Below, piece after piece: positions 9,191-20,009 of a stretch of 35,479 bases of DNA; within the stretch, counting starts at the first letter, position 1; each line of letters opens with the position of its first letter. The notes under the pieces are model-generated. The model saw nothing but the letters and a program-made list of their open reading frames with translations. It was not told where the DNA came from and ran no database searches. Position numbers and translations under genes: made by a program. The stretch is from an uncultured Thermoplasmatales archaeon (GTDB lineage: Archaea > Thermoplasmatota > Thermoplasmata > Thermoplasmatales > GCA-001856825): positions 1 through 35,479 of the forward strand of contig CAYMKC010000003.1 of assembly GCA_964391105.1 (NCBI GenBank). The letters run 5' to 3'.

Positions 9191-10357
9191 ATGAAGTTCT
9201 ACCTCGAAAACTACGGATGCACACTGAATAAGGCGCAGGGAGAAATGATAGCCAATTCCCTGATGTCCCAGGGCAACCAGATGGTGGAAGACGTAGAATC
9301 CGCAGACTCTGTTTTACTCTCTACCTGTGTGGTCATCAAACACACCGAAGACAAGATGATCAGGAGGATTGACGAGATCAAGACAAGGGGAAAGGAGGTT
9401 ATCGTTTCAGGCTGTCTTCCCCCCACCTTGAAGGAAGGGGTGCGGATGTTGGACTTCTCTGTCTCCCGCGGAAGTCTTCCGCTTTTAAAGGAGGGGGATC
9501 TTAGTGTTGGAATACCGATAGCAGAGGGGTGTGATGGGGGATGTTCATTCTGCATATCTAGGATAGCAAGGGGAAGATTGAAGAGTTTCGATGAGGGTAG
9601 AATAATTGAGAGTGTCAGGGAGGTGGTAAGAAGGGGTGCAAAGGAGATCAGGCTGACTGCCCTCGACACGGGCTCCTACGGTCAGGATACCAACACAAGC
9701 CTGCCTAAGCTGATTTCTAAGGTCTCTGAGATCGAAGGGGACTTCGCTATAAGAGTAGGAATGATGGAACCTGAAAATGCAGGATCGATCATTGACGAAC
9801 TGATCGCTGTCATGAAGTCTAAAAAGGTGTACAGATTCCTGCACATCCCATTTCAATCAGGCGACCCTCTGGTCCTCAGAAAGATGGGAAGACAGTACAG
9901 AATCGAGAGGTTCATTGAAGTTGTCAAAAAGTTCAGGCATTCGTTCCCGACTGGATTGATCAGCACGGATGTGATAGTAGGTTTTCCATTCGAAACAGTT
10001 GAGGGACTTAGAGCCACCGCCAATGTCGTTAGGGAGGTAGGACCCGAAATTCTGAATGTTACAAAGTATTCCCCAAGGCCCGGTACTGCGGCCTATGGCT
10101 GGAAGACACCACCCAGCAACCAGACAGCTCAGTGGAGTCAAATTCTGAACGAACTTCACAGAGATGCAGTCCAGAAGTCCTTCAATCGTTTCGTTGGAAC
10201 TGAAAGAGAAGTGAGATTGATGGAGACCGGAAAAGTTGGCACTTTCTTGGGCAGGGATCAAGACTACCATCCGGTCATAATCAAGAAGGGGAAACTCGGA
10301 GAGAAGAGGAGAGTTAAGATCATTGCCAGTTCGCAGTTCTACCTGATCGGAAGATAG
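9191..10357 (+). CDS. mtaB: tRNA methylthiotransferase (archaeal/eukaryotic MtaB type, MiaB family radical SAM)
   Basis: UPF0004 cysteines (YGCTLN, STCVV, SGCLP), radical SAM CX3CX2C (CDGGCSFC), FLHIPFQSG, TDVIVGFP and a C-terminal TRAM domain. Confidence 0.9.
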   Translation: MKFYLENYGCTLNKAQGEMIANSLMSQGNQMVEDVESADSVLLSTCVVIKHTEDKMIRRIDEIKTRGKEVIVSGCLPPTLKEGVRMLDFSVSRGSLPLLKEGDLSVGIPIAEGCDGGCSFCISRIARGRLKSFDEGRIIESVREVVRRGAKEIRLTALDTGSYGQDTNTSLPKLISKVSEIEGDFAIRVGMMEPENAGSIIDELIAVMKSKKVYRFLHIPFQSGDPLVLRKMGRQYRIERFIEVVKKFRHSFPTGLISTDVIVGFPFETVEGLRATANVVREVGPEILNVTKYSPRPGTAAYGWKTPPSNQTAQWSQILNELHRDAVQKSFNRFVGTEREVRLMETGKVGTFLGRDQDYHPVIIKKGKLGEKRRVKIIASSQFYLIGR

Positions 10358-10427
10358 GAAGATGAGAACATTATTTAACGATATTCTCATCAATAAATAT
10401 GCACTACATTCTCTTCTATGGCGCGTG

Positions 10428-10442
10428 CGAAAATTTCTTAAG
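10428..10442 (+). promoter_or_regulatory. Putative BRE/TATA promoter for the structured element and DUF167
   Basis: CGAAAA followed by TTTCTTAAG, which would put a TSS near 10460-10465. A similar TTTCTTAG lies upstream of the SAMP gene. Confidence 0.45.
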
Positions 10443-10459
10443 CAAACGAGAAAAATACA

Positions 10460-10677
10460 GGAAGGTCCATCTCGATCTCGCAAGAGCGAGAAGAGTGGAG
10501 ATCTAGTAACGGCTGGAGCTCTAACCGAGCCCGTGCACATGGTGGTCTTGATTTTCGTCACTCAACCTGCTGCGGAAAAATTCGTAAGAATAGATCCGTA
10601 TAGCTTAAATGGTCTAGTGAGGTCGTACCGCATCATAAAGTGGGATGCAGTCATCGGGGCAGGTGTTGCACCTCCGT
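10460..10677 (+). ncRNA. Putative structured non-coding RNA or long 5' leader, family unknown
   Basis: Hand-found helices, two with GNRA tetraloops (CUC-GCAA-GAG 10477-10486; AUUC-GUAA-GAAU 10580-10591), plus GAUCUA/UAGAUC, GCAUC/GAUGC and AGGUG/CACCU. It follows a promoter-like motif and has no credible protein ORF. Confidence 0.45.
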
Positions 10678-10909
10678 GAAACTGACTATCGTAGTGCATC
10701 GTGGAACCGGAGCCATAGAGGAAAGGGATGGGAAGCTCGTGGTATATACGAACGAAAAGAGAGAAAACAATAGGGCAAACGTTGACGTCATAAAACAGAT
10801 CTCAAAATATTATTCCGTTCCTCAGACAACGATAAGGATAGTCGCGGGTTTCACCTCCAGAAAAAAAATCATTGAAGTGATGACAAAAGAAGAGAGGACT
10901 CATGGATGA
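10676..10909 (+). CDS. DUF167 (YggU/UPF0235) family protein
   Basis: LVVYTNEKRENNRANVDVIKQISKYYSVP...IRIVAGFTSRKKIIEV fits the DUF167 pattern. GTG start at 10676 with SD-like AGGTG at 10661-10665. Confidence 0.8.
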   Translation: MKLTIVVHRGTGAIEERDGKLVVYTNEKRENNRANVDVIKQISKYYSVPQTTIRIVAGFTSRKKIIEVMTKEERTHG

Positions 10910-11489
10910 AATCCTTGTTATTGCAACTGGTTTGACAAATGTAAAGCAAACAAATTGGGTAAGACAGGTTTAATATTTCCAAGATGTTCCTCCAAATAGT
11001 TTCGAGAATCGGAACTGACCTGGATCCATTGGACGTCAAAAGCAAGGAGGATCCTGTGTGGTTGAGAGCTCTGATTTGGGCGCAGCTCAGAAGAAGAGAT
11101 AGGTTATGGAGAAGGCGATTGGGATAGCTTGAATTCGATTAAGTGTGACGCATCAAGCGTTCTGCCCCAAGCGATGCGGAAGACTCAGAGAACTCTACTC
11201 TGTATGTTTTAAGTGAATTCACCTTGAATCGGTTAAGTCCAATGGAGAGAAAGGAGCTGATTGATCTCCCTGCCCAAAGAGTCTGAGGACAGGTACGTCC
11301 ATTTTCTGTTTGTGGAGTTTGTCAGCAATTCCGATCGTTCCCCTCAGGAAATGCACTTTTTTTGATTTTGATCTGCTGAGCGTTGCGACAGAAAATTGCC
11401 TTTCAGTTTACCATACGGCGAACTGGATGTAATGATTGGAGAAATCTTGATTTATTGATGTTTCTCTAATCGATGGAAGGCGATTTGAA

Positions 11490-11927
11490 CTACTCTATGT
11501 ACAGTCTCGCTATGGTGAAATGCCTCTTCGCAAGCTGCATGGCCGTCTTGAGGTTCTTGGCTTCCTTCCCGATTGCTGAAGCCTTGTAGTTTGGATCGAC
11601 CTTAACGTTCACGACATATCCGCTCTCTCCAGCAGTTATGTTGAGCGAGGCTACCTTGTACCTGTAGAAAAGGTTCCTGAAGAACTGTTCCGGTTCCGGC
11701 GAATAGTCGAGAACGTTGACTCTCTTCTTGACGTTCTCCTTGATCTTCTCCAGTGCCCTCTTCTTGTCGTCATTCGTGAAGAGCTTGTACGTACCTCCCT
11801 TTTCCAGGACGTAGAATATGACGTCTTCCGTCTCCATTACGTCCTTCACCGGGAGACTCGTGGATCTCTCAAAGAGCTGTATAAGGTCGAGACTTCTTGT
11901 ATCGAGTGTGATCTCGCCCAAAGTCAC
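11490..11927 (-). CDS. nusA: Archaeal NusA (two KH domains)
   Basis: KASAIGKEAKNLKTA KH motif, at the canonical position after rpoA2-rpl30e. Confidence 0.9.
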   Translation of the reverse strand: MTLGEITLDTRSLDLIQLFERSTSLPVKDVMETEDVIFYVLEKGGTYKLFTNDDKKRALEKIKENVKKRVNVLDYSPEPEQFFRNLFYRYKVASLNITAGESGYVVNVKVDPNYKASAIGKEAKNLKTAMQLAKRHFTIARLYIE

Positions 11928-12199
11928 TCATTCTCCCTGAACTGGGAGACTCCCGAATCTATAACACCAACCACGGACACAGCGAACGGCTTTCCAAAAG
12001 CATTGCCGAGCTGAATCGAGTTGAGTGGAACAATAAACTTTGCCGCCCTTTGTTCATCGTACTTCTGTTTTAGGTGGGGCTCGTCCGCATAAACTACGGC
12101 CTTCACTCCACCCTTCTTCTGAATCTTCAGCGTTTCCTTCTCTCCAAGAACGAATTTTCCTGTCTCCTTCAATCTTGCTAGTTCCCAATTATAGTCCAT
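11924..12199 (-). CDS. rpl30e: 50S ribosomal protein L30e
   Basis: TGKFVLGEKETLK and NSIQLGNAFGKPFAVSVVGVIDSG, with canonical synteny. Confidence 0.88.
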   Translation of the reverse strand: MDYNWELARLKETGKFVLGEKETLKIQKKGGVKAVVYADEPHLKQKYDEQRAAKFIVPLNSIQLGNAFGKPFAVSVVGVIDSGVSQFRENE

Positions 12200-13747
12200 C
12201 TATTCCTCTCTCCTGTACGAAAGTTTTACAGCACCTGTACCGAGGGTTATCGGTTGTCCCACTATAATATTTTCTGCAACGCCATTGAGTCTGTCAACTT
12301 CGCCAATCAGCCCCGCATTGAGGAGGTGCTTGCTGGTGATTTCGAAGGCTGCCCTGGCAAGAACCGATGCCTTCTTTCCGGATATGCCGTGCCTCCCGAT
12401 GGCCTCCACGACACCAGAGAACGTCATCATGTCGGCGACGAGCATAAGGTGTCTTATGTCAGTTGTCAGGCCCGCATTGTGAAGTGTGGATGTGCTCTCC
12501 TCGATTATAGCCTCCCTCGCCGCTTCCACTCCGAGAACCTGCGAGATCTCGATTATGTCGTTTGTTTTTGTCCTCGCATAGTCGACGTCCTTCAGCTCCA
12601 TCACTCCGGCTAGATTTGAACCCTGGGTATAGATGATCCACTCCTTTGCCTTCTGGTCGAACTTTACTATGGCCCTCTTGATCCCGTCCAATCCCTTTAC
12701 CTGGAACGTCTTCAGGTTTTCGTAGAGCTGGTAGATTCTCTTGAACGACGGCTCGTCCAGCGAGAGCCGTATCTCGTTCTCTTCCTCTGTGATCGTTGTC
12801 TTCTGCATCCTGATCTTCTTGAGCCTCGGAAGTATCTCCTCCCTCTTCAGACCCCTCTCCTGCATTTTCTGCCTGTCAAGCATGATCAGGACGTAGCTCT
12901 CCGTGGTATTGACCTCTATGTCTGCAATGTCCAGGAGCGTAGTTGCCTCTATCGAGCGGGCGAGGCCTACCGCCTTGTCCTCGTCTCCCCTTGCCTTTTC
13001 CGTCAGGAATATCGTCATCGATGGAGTGCTAGGAGTCTTCCTGGCATCAACAATCTCTATCAGCCTGGGAAGACCCAGGGTAACGTCCATTTCGGCGACA
13101 CCAGCAAAGTGGAAAGTCCTCATCGTCATCTGTGTACCCGGTTCCCCTATGCTCTGTGCTCCGACTATGCCCACCGCTTCAAACGGGACGACACCGTTTT
13201 CCTTGTACTTCTCAAGGGTTACCCTGATGAGCTTGTCAAAGTCCTTTTCCCCAATCCCATACTTCTTCCTGGCGGCCACTAGCTGTTCCGCGATCTTAAC
13301 TGGGAGGTTGCTCCCTTCCTTTTCCACCTGTCTGATAATGCTCTTGACTTCACTGCTGAGCTTCCCTTCCATTGGATCCCTGAATTCTATCTTTGCCTCT
13401 TCTTTCCTGGCCAGGACTGCGAACGAAAGTATCTTGTCAATGGATCCTCCGGTGATTTCTTCGTAATTCACGATGTCGTCCTGGATCTCCTCTATTTTTT
13501 CTATCTGCACAATAGTCTTGAGCTTGTCCTTCTTTTTCTTCAGCACGTTCTTCTCGTTTTCATAAGGCGCTATCTTCGATATCTTTGCCCGTGCAACGAA
13601 CGTCTTTCCCGTGACACTGATGAGCGCTTCCTTCAGCGTCTTGTCAGGTGAGATCTCGTAGTCCAGGACGTAACCTATCGGCGCCTTGTCTATGATCTCC
13701 TTCACCTTTTTGAGCGTGTCCTTCCATGCGAGTATAGTGGTTGTCAT
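12200..13747 (-). CDS. rpoA2: DNA-directed RNA polymerase subunit A'' (Rpo1C) with N-terminal extension
   Basis: [21 protein letters not shown] trigger loop, [30 protein letters not shown]. Confidence 0.97.
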   Translation of the reverse strand: MTTTILAWKDTLKKVKEIIDKAPIGYVLDYEISPDKTLKEALISVTGKTFVARAKISKIAPYENEKNVLKKKKDKLKTIVQIEKIEEIQDDIVNYEEITGGSIDKILSFAVLARKEEAKIEFRDPMEGKLSSEVKSIIRQVEKEGSNLPVKIAEQLVAARKKYGIGEKDFDKLIRVTLEKYKENGVVPFEAVGIVGAQSIGEPGTQMTMRTFHFAGVAEMDVTLGLPRLIEIVDARKTPSTPSMTIFLTEKARGDEDKAVGLARSIEATTLLDIADIEVNTTESYVLIMLDRQKMQERGLKREEILPRLKKIRMQKTTITEEENEIRLSLDEPSFKRIYQLYENLKTFQVKGLDGIKRAIVKFDQKAKEWIIYTQGSNLAGVMELKDVDYARTKTNDIIEISQVLGVEAAREAIIEESTSTLHNAGLTTDIRHLMLVADMMTFSGVVEAIGRHGISGKKASVLARAAFEITSKHLLNAGLIGEVDRLNGVAENIIVGQPITLGTGAVKLSYRREE

Positions 13748-16392
13748 TGTTTCCCCCCGTACTTCTTGCCAAAGGTCTCTTTGATCATGTAGTCGACGTC
13801 GACCGAATCTCCATCGTACGACTTCGAAGGATCCGTCCCGTCCTCTCCGTATTCCAGCTGAATGACTGAGTCCTCAGTATCGAGCACCCTCCCGTCCTCT
13901 GAGACCTTGAGGTCCTCCAGGGCGTTGATGAGTCTCCTCTGCATGTACCCTGACCTAGATGTTCTGACCGCAATATCCACGAGCCCCTCCCTTCCACCAG
14001 TCGCGTGGAAGAAGTACTCGGTTGGATTGAGTCCTTCCTTGTAGGATGAACTGACGAAGCCCCTTGCATAAGCGCCGATGTCCCCTTTCTTGAAGTGAGG
14101 AAGAGTGCGGTTTGTATATCCCCTGTGCTGTCTCTGTCCTCTTATACTCTGCTGACCAATGATACCTGCCATTTGTGCCAGGTTCATCATGTTCGCCCTG
14201 GCGCCGGACCTTGCCATGATGACTGTCGAGTTGTCCATACCCAAGTAGTGCGAAGCTATTTCAGAACTCTTTTCCCTGGCTTGCGAAAGTGCCTTCATGA
14301 CCATCGATTCCAGGGTGTCCTCAAGGGTCTTCCCGGGTTCCATCCCGATCAGGCCAGCCTTGTAGTTCTCTATGAGTTTCTCTACCTTTTGTACCGCTTC
14401 GTTTCCGACTTCCCTGAGCTGTGCCTTGGCCTCTCCTGGTACGTCCTCGTCGTCTATCCCGGTCGAGAATCCGTTGAAGCTGATAACTCCGGCAGCCAGT
14501 CTCGTTAGATTGTCCAGGAACTTTGCACCCTCTGCATTGCCGTACTTCCTCAATACGTAATCGAGCAGGACTCCCTTGGACTGACCTATAGCATTTTCAT
14601 CGATAGCACCGTTGACTAGTTTGCTGTCCTCTATCCTAATGACTCCCTCTGTCCCGTTAGGGTCCAGGCTCTTGTCGCCAAGTTTTCCCTTGAACTCAAG
14701 GTTGACGCCCTCCGGAAGTATCAGTGAGAATATGTCCCTGCCCCTTAAGTATCTCCTCCCATCCACCTCGACCGGTTCTGGAGTGTGATCCACGTTTACG
14801 TAGCTCATTATGTGGAGACCCACTTCTAGGGGTATAAGTGGATTCTTGTAGGTCAGCGTGAAGAGTGCCGTTATGTGGTCGTGGATCGCTCCCATTATCG
14901 GTCCGCCAAACCTCGGAGAAAGGAAGTTCTCCTGGACCTTCATGAGTATCTCGGCCTCTGCCCTCGCCTCCTGGCTCTGCAGTACGTGGAGGTTCATCTC
15001 ATCTCCATCGAAATCTGCGTTGTACGGGGCACACACTGCGAGATTGAACCTGAATGTCCTGTATGGGAGTACCTTGACTTCGTGTGCCATCATGGACATC
15101 CTGTGGAGACTCGGCTGCCTGTTGAAAAGAACGATATCTCCGTCTTCCATCTGCCTCTCTACCTGCCACCCAAGTTCCATCTTTTCGGATACTTCGGCTG
15201 CGTTCTTGTCGGAGATCTTGATCCTGCTTCCATCCGTTCTGTAGACGTAGTTGACTCCGGGTTTATACACCTCTTCCTCCTTCCCGGGTCCGTTCTTTAT
15301 GAGTTCCTTCAGTTTCTCGAAATTGTGCTCGGTGACGGTTTCCGTAACTGTGAGTTCCCTTGCGGCCTTTGCGGGGACTCCGACCTGGTTTATGGATAGG
15401 AAGGGTTCAGGACTTATCACAGTTCTTGCCGAGAAATTGACCCTCTTACCGGAAAGGTTGCTCCTGAACCTTCCCTCCTTTCCCTTCAGCCTCTGTACGA
15501 GCGTCTTGAGAGATCTCCCGGACCTGTGTCTCGCAGGAGGGGTACCGGGGGTCTGGTTATCGAAGTAGGTGGTAACGTGATACTGTAGCAGATCCCAGAG
15601 GTCCTCTATTATGAGCTGCGGGCTGCCCTGGTCCCTGTTTTCCCTTAGTCTCTGATTGATCCTGATAACGTCCACAAGCTTATGGGTTAGGTCGTCCTCG
15701 CTCCTCTCCCCGGTCTCCAGCGTTATCGTGGGTCTCACGTTGACTGGTGGGACGGGGAACACCGTGAGTATCATCCACTCCGGTCTCGCGACCTTAGGGT
15801 CGAGGCCGATCAACGGGAGGTCGTCGTTCTGTATCTTCTCGAACCTCTCCCTGATCTCCTTCGGAGTGAGCTTCTTTCCTTCCTCCCTGAATGTGGTCGG
15901 TTTGTCGAGCGCTACCTTCTGGTTCTCGAAGTGGCAGTGAGGACATATCACTACGTCCGAAGCGTCCGACTCAACCTCTGAAACTATATCGTCATACTCT
16001 ATGTCGCTCAGTCTGTCTGCAGTGTCCCTGATCCTCTGGAAGAACTCCTTTAGCTTGTCGTCCAGGAGCTTGATCCTCCCGCAGTTCGAACAGGTGCTGG
16101 AGAGAATGGAATATATCTCCTTGATGAACCCTATGTGGACGACTGGCATCGCCAGTTCAATGTGTCCGAAGTGCCCCGGACACTGGTCGACCTTTCCGCC
16201 GCACGTCTTGCACTTCAGTCCTGGTTCGATGACTCCCATCGAAGGGTCCATGAGCCCCTTCTCTATTGGATAACCATCATCGTCGTACGTGTCAGGAGTG
16301 ATTACCTTGACCGCAGACATCCTTCTTATCTCCTCTGGAGACAGCAGCGCAAACTTGAGTTCCTCTATCCCCTTTGAAATCTCTACCTTCAC
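13744..16392 (-). CDS. rpoA1: DNA-directed RNA polymerase subunit A' (Rpo1N)
   Basis: Catalytic [15 protein letters not shown]...CPGHFGH Zn site, [24 protein letters not shown]. Confidence 0.98.
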   Translation of the reverse strand: MKVEISKGIEELKFALLSPEEIRRMSAVKVITPDTYDDDGYPIEKGLMDPSMGVIEPGLKCKTCGGKVDQCPGHFGHIELAMPVVHIGFIKEIYSILSSTCSNCGRIKLLDDKLKEFFQRIRDTADRLSDIEYDDIVSEVESDASDVVICPHCHFENQKVALDKPTTFREEGKKLTPKEIRERFEKIQNDDLPLIGLDPKVARPEWMILTVFPVPPVNVRPTITLETGERSEDDLTHKLVDVIRINQRLRENRDQGSPQLIIEDLWDLLQYHVTTYFDNQTPGTPPARHRSGRSLKTLVQRLKGKEGRFRSNLSGKRVNFSARTVISPEPFLSINQVGVPAKAARELTVTETVTEHNFEKLKELIKNGPGKEEEVYKPGVNYVYRTDGSRIKISDKNAAEVSEKMELGWQVERQMEDGDIVLFNRQPSLHRMSMMAHEVKVLPYRTFRFNLAVCAPYNADFDGDEMNLHVLQSQEARAEAEILMKVQENFLSPRFGGPIMGAIHDHITALFTLTYKNPLIPLEVGLHIMSYVNVDHTPEPVEVDGRRYLRGRDIFSLILPEGVNLEFKGKLGDKSLDPNGTEGVIRIEDSKLVNGAIDENAIGQSKGVLLDYVLRKYGNAEGAKFLDNLTRLAAGVISFNGFSTGIDDEDVPGEAKAQLREVGNEAVQKVEKLIENYKAGLIGMEPGKTLEDTLESMVMKALSQAREKSSEIASHYLGMDNSTVIMARSGARANMMNLAQMAGIIGQQSIRGQRQHRGYTNRTLPHFKKGDIGAYARGFVSSSYKEGLNPTEYFFHATGGREGLVDIAVRTSRSGYMQRRLINALEDLKVSEDGRVLDTEDSVIQLEYGEDGTDPSKSYDGDSVDVDYMIKETFGKKYGGKQ

Positions 16393-19300
16393 TTCAGATC
16401 ACCCAACCTTAACCTCATTACAACGCCGAGCGACATCAGCTCGTCCCTCATCAGCTTGAATGCATAGCTGGTCTCTACCGGTCTGATGTTGCTGGTGTTG
16501 CCGCAGACCGGGCATCTGAGCTGGTGTGTCTTGTAGTCGTATATGGCAACGTGGCCGCAGTCCTGATCGCCGCACACGTAAACCGTGAAACCGTCGCTCT
16601 GGTCGAGCAGCCTGTCTTTTATGGCCATTGCAGCGCCGTGACCGATGAGCGTATCCCTCTCCATCTCTCCGAACCTTAGACCACCCTGCCTTGACCTTCC
16701 CTCGGTTGGCTGCCTCGTAAGTATCTGTACTGGTCCCCTGGACCTTGCATGGAATTTGCCTGCCACCATGTGGTGGAGCTTCTGATAGTAGACAACGCCG
16801 ATGAATATGTCCGCCTTGAACTTCCTCCCAGTGATACCGTCGTACATCGTCTCCCTTCCGGAGTACTTGTATCCGTTCCTCTCGAGTGCCTCCCTCAGAG
16901 ATTCCTCTGGTTCACCCTCGAATACGGTTCCGTTGATAGTCCTACCTTCGAGCGATCCCACCTTTCCTCCGATAGTTTCAAGGAGGTGTCCAACCGTCAT
17001 TCTGCTCGGTATCGAGTGGGGATTTATGATTAGATCCGGAATAACGCCTTCCTCAGTGAATGGCATATCCTCCTGCGGCACAATCGCACCTATGACTCCC
17101 TTCTGCCCGTGCCTGCTCGCGAACTTGTCTCCGAGCTCCGGTATCCTGTCGTCCCTCACCTTGACCTTCAGCAGCCTGCTGTTGTTCTCAGAGACCGTTA
17201 GGATAACCGAATCGATGTGCCCGGTCTCCCCCGGCCTGTTGGTGATTGAACTCTCCCTCCTCTTCTGAATCGATATCTTCTGTTCCTCTTCCATGAATCT
17301 CGGCGGTGAAGTCTTTCCAACAATGACATCCCCTCCGGAGACGTACGTCTCTGGAGCCACCATTCCGTTTTCATCGATGTTCCTGTAGGATTCTTCGCTC
17401 CTGACGCCCCTGACTTCCGGGGGAGGGATCTCGAACTTGTCTTCCTGGCCACCCGGGTACCTTTTCTCCTCTGCCTTATACGTCCTGAAGAAAGCGGATC
17501 TGCCGAATCCCCTCTCCACGGACGCCTTGTTGATAATTACTGCATCCTGGATGTTGTAGTTGTGGTACGATATCAGAGCGACCACTGCGTTTTGTCCAGA
17601 CGGCCTCCTGTTGTATCCGATGTACCTCGCCGCCCCCGTGGATACCATCGGTTTCTGTGGATAGTGAAGGACGTGCCCCCTGGTGTCCGGCCTCAGCCTA
17701 TAGTTCGAAGAAGACAGTCCGAGGGACTGTTTCGTCATCGCGGCTCCCATGGTGACCCTCGGAGACTGGTTGTGTTCTGCATACGGAATCACTCCGACGA
17801 CCACACCTTGGATCATCATTGGGTCGATTTCCATGTGGGTGTGTTCCGGCCCGTAGCTCTTCTTCCCGTCGAACGATTCATTGCACTTGAGACACTTTAG
17901 CTTGACGTTCTCCTCGCCCGGATTGGTCCATTCCGTGAGGTCGCTGTATAGGTATGTTTCGCAGTGTGGGCATTTCAGCGGTTTCTCGTACGGATATATT
18001 GCAACGAAGGAATTCTCCTCTTCCTCCGCATCGAGCCACTCTATGACGCCATTTGATATCAGGTCCTTGATCCCCATCCTGCCGGACAGGAGGCTGTCCC
18101 TTATTGACGCGTTGAACTTTGTCCTTCCATTGTAGACAACCAGTAGTGGCCTCCTGATCCTTCCTTTGTCGGTGTTTATGATGACCTCATTCGTGGTATC
18201 ATCGAATCTGACATTCACCTGGTTGGATATGTTCCCTGACCTCCTCTTCTTCCTGATTTCCGCTACTACGCTCTGCCCGTCCTTGTGATATCCGATCAGG
18301 TTGCCGTTGACATAGATCCTTGAGAGTCCAGGCTTCTCGCCAAGTATCTCTTCCAGACCCATCTTCTTGAGCATTTCAATAATGTTTTCCTCTGGATACC
18401 CCTCCGTGATATCTATAACCAAACTTGCGTTCTTCACCAGCCCGCAGTTCTGTCCTTCTGGCGTCTCGTTCGGACACATCCTCCCCCACTGTGTGGGGTG
18501 GAGATCCCTGGCCTCGAAGTGCGGCTGCGACCTAGTGAGCGGAGACGAAATCCTCCTCAGGTGAGAGAGAGTTGCGATGTATGAAGTCCTCTCTAGAAGC
18601 TGTGAGACTCCGGTCCTTCCGCCGATCCAGTTGCCTGTGGAGATTGCGTGCTTAAGCTTTTCATTAAGGACGTCTTGCCTCACCGCTGCGTTCAGTCTTA
18701 TTCCTCTCTTCCTGTTGTACGTCTTTTCCAGCTGACCCTTGAGGTCCTTGAGCAGCGCCTGTGCAGAGCTCCTGAAGAGCTCCTCCAGCAGGTCGCCAGA
18801 CAACTTGATTCTCTTGTTAGCGAGGTGGTCCTTGTCGTCTTCCTTCCTGACCCCCAGGTACAGTTCGAGCAGAGCCCTCGCCATCCTACCAAGATAAATT
18901 CCCTTCTTGGTCCTGTCCTGAAGGGAGTCACCCAGATGCGGAAGTAGATTCTTGTCCAGAATCTGTGACATCTTCTTTTCCCTGAACTCCTTTGCTTGAC
19001 CTGCAGCGAACCTCTTCTCCAGATAGTTGATGGCATCCCTCTCGCTCATGATACCGGCGGGCGGGTAGAGCTCGGTGTTCTGGGAATCTTCTATGTTTGC
19101 AAGCACGACTGGAATCATCCTCTCGTCCGTGACAATCGAATCATAGATATCCTTGTCCTTGTCGACACCTAGTGCCTTCATGAGGACGACAAGAGGGATC
19201 GTTCCTGCGATTGAAGGTACCGAAACTGTGAGTATACCGTCTGCCTTCCTCTCGACAGCGATGAGCGCCCTGTATCCCTCTTTCTGGGAGAATATTTTTG

Positions 19301-20006
19301 CGACTTCTACCCTCGAATCGTACTTGTCCTCGTATTCAACGATGATCTTGTTAGGTGCGAGGTCTTCCATCGATATCAGAGTCCTCTCGGTTCCTCCTAT
19401 GATGAAGTATCCTCCTGCATCCTGGGGGTCTTCTCCTAGAAGCTGAATCTTCTTCTCGTATGGGAGCGAAAGGAGTTCCTCCTCTGTCATTCCCCTTATC
19501 CTCTCGTCCTTCCTCATGTTGATTCTTCTGATGAACTCGTCAGTGTTGTTCTTGTGAAGGATGCATATCTTTGACCTTACCATGACCGGGAATTCCCCGA
19601 TCTTGATCTTCTCGTTCCTGACCTCCGTATCCTCTTCGAGAACGGTAAAGTCTAGGAACAGTGGTGCCATGTAGTTCAGGTCCCTCAACCTGGCTTCGAG
19701 TGGCGTAATGTAATTTTCGGAGCCTGTTGGTTCCCTTATCTTTGGCAGCTCGATCGATATCGTAGGTTCAGGCTTCTCGACGCTCCTCGGTCGTCCAAAC
19801 CTGATCCTGATGTCCATTCCACCAGTCTTCGATCTGTCCAGTTTCATCTCTCCAGGTAAGTCATCCTCCGTCACTCTAAGAGTGTCGAAGACCTGCTGCA
19901 TTCCAGAATCAGGGTTATCATCGGTTGGGATAAAATCGTTGTAAGAAACAAGCTGATGGTTGACTACTTCCATCTCTCTAAAAAACGTATTCAAGATGCT
20001 ATACAT
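16389..20006 (-). CDS. rpoB: DNA-directed RNA polymerase subunit B (Rpo2), unsplit
   Basis: [48 protein letters not shown]-terminal Zn ribbon. Confidence 0.98.
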   Translation of the reverse strand: MYSILNTFFREMEVVNHQLVSYNDFIPTDDNPDSGMQQVFDTLRVTEDDLPGEMKLDRSKTGGMDIRIRFGRPRSVEKPEPTISIELPKIREPTGSENYITPLEARLRDLNYMAPLFLDFTVLEEDTEVRNEKIKIGEFPVMVRSKICILHKNNTDEFIRRINMRKDERIRGMTEEELLSLPYEKKIQLLGEDPQDAGGYFIIGGTERTLISMEDLAPNKIIVEYEDKYDSRVEVAKIFSQKEGYRALIAVERKADGILTVSVPSIAGTIPLVVLMKALGVDKDKDIYDSIVTDERMIPVVLANIEDSQNTELYPPAGIMSERDAINYLEKRFAAGQAKEFREKKMSQILDKNLLPHLGDSLQDRTKKGIYLGRMARALLELYLGVRKEDDKDHLANKRIKLSGDLLEELFRSSAQALLKDLKGQLEKTYNRKRGIRLNAAVRQDVLNEKLKHAISTGNWIGGRTGVSQLLERTSYIATLSHLRRISSPLTRSQPHFEARDLHPTQWGRMCPNETPEGQNCGLVKNASLVIDITEGYPEENIIEMLKKMGLEEILGEKPGLSRIYVNGNLIGYHKDGQSVVAEIRKKRRSGNISNQVNVRFDDTTNEVIINTDKGRIRRPLLVVYNGRTKFNASIRDSLLSGRMGIKDLISNGVIEWLDAEEEENSFVAIYPYEKPLKCPHCETYLYSDLTEWTNPGEENVKLKCLKCNESFDGKKSYGPEHTHMEIDPMMIQGVVVGVIPYAEHNQSPRVTMGAAMTKQSLGLSSSNYRLRPDTRGHVLHYPQKPMVSTGAARYIGYNRRPSGQNAVVALISYHNYNIQDAVIINKASVERGFGRSAFFRTYKAEEKRYPGGQEDKFEIPPPEVRGVRSEESYRNIDENGMVAPETYVSGGDVIVGKTSPPRFMEEEQKISIQKRRESSITNRPGETGHIDSVILTVSENNSRLLKVKVRDDRIPELGDKFASRHGQKGVIGAIVPQEDMPFTEEGVIPDLIINPHSIPSRMTVGHLLETIGGKVGSLEGRTINGTVFEGEPEESLREALERNGYKYSGRETMYDGITGRKFKADIFIGVVYYQKLHHMVAGKFHARSRGPVQILTRQPTEGRSRQGGLRFGEMERDTLIGHGAAMAIKDRLLDQSDGFTVYVCGDQDCGHVAIYDYKTHQLRCPVCGNTSNIRPVETSYAFKLMRDELMSLGVVMRLRLGDLK

Positions 20007-20009
20007 TCT

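Noticed and set aside
10362-10679. 105-aa ORF on + strand (and overlapping 234-aa ORF 9857-10561 on - strand)
   Set aside because: No recognisable protein features. The + ORF spans an AT-rich spacer, a promoter motif and the structured element; the - ORF is largely antisense to mtaB.
12254-19446. Many antisense and alternate-frame ORFs within the rpo genes (and similar ones across the window)
   Set aside because: Shadow ORFs of strongly conserved genes, rich in Ser/Leu/Phe/Pro and without motifs.
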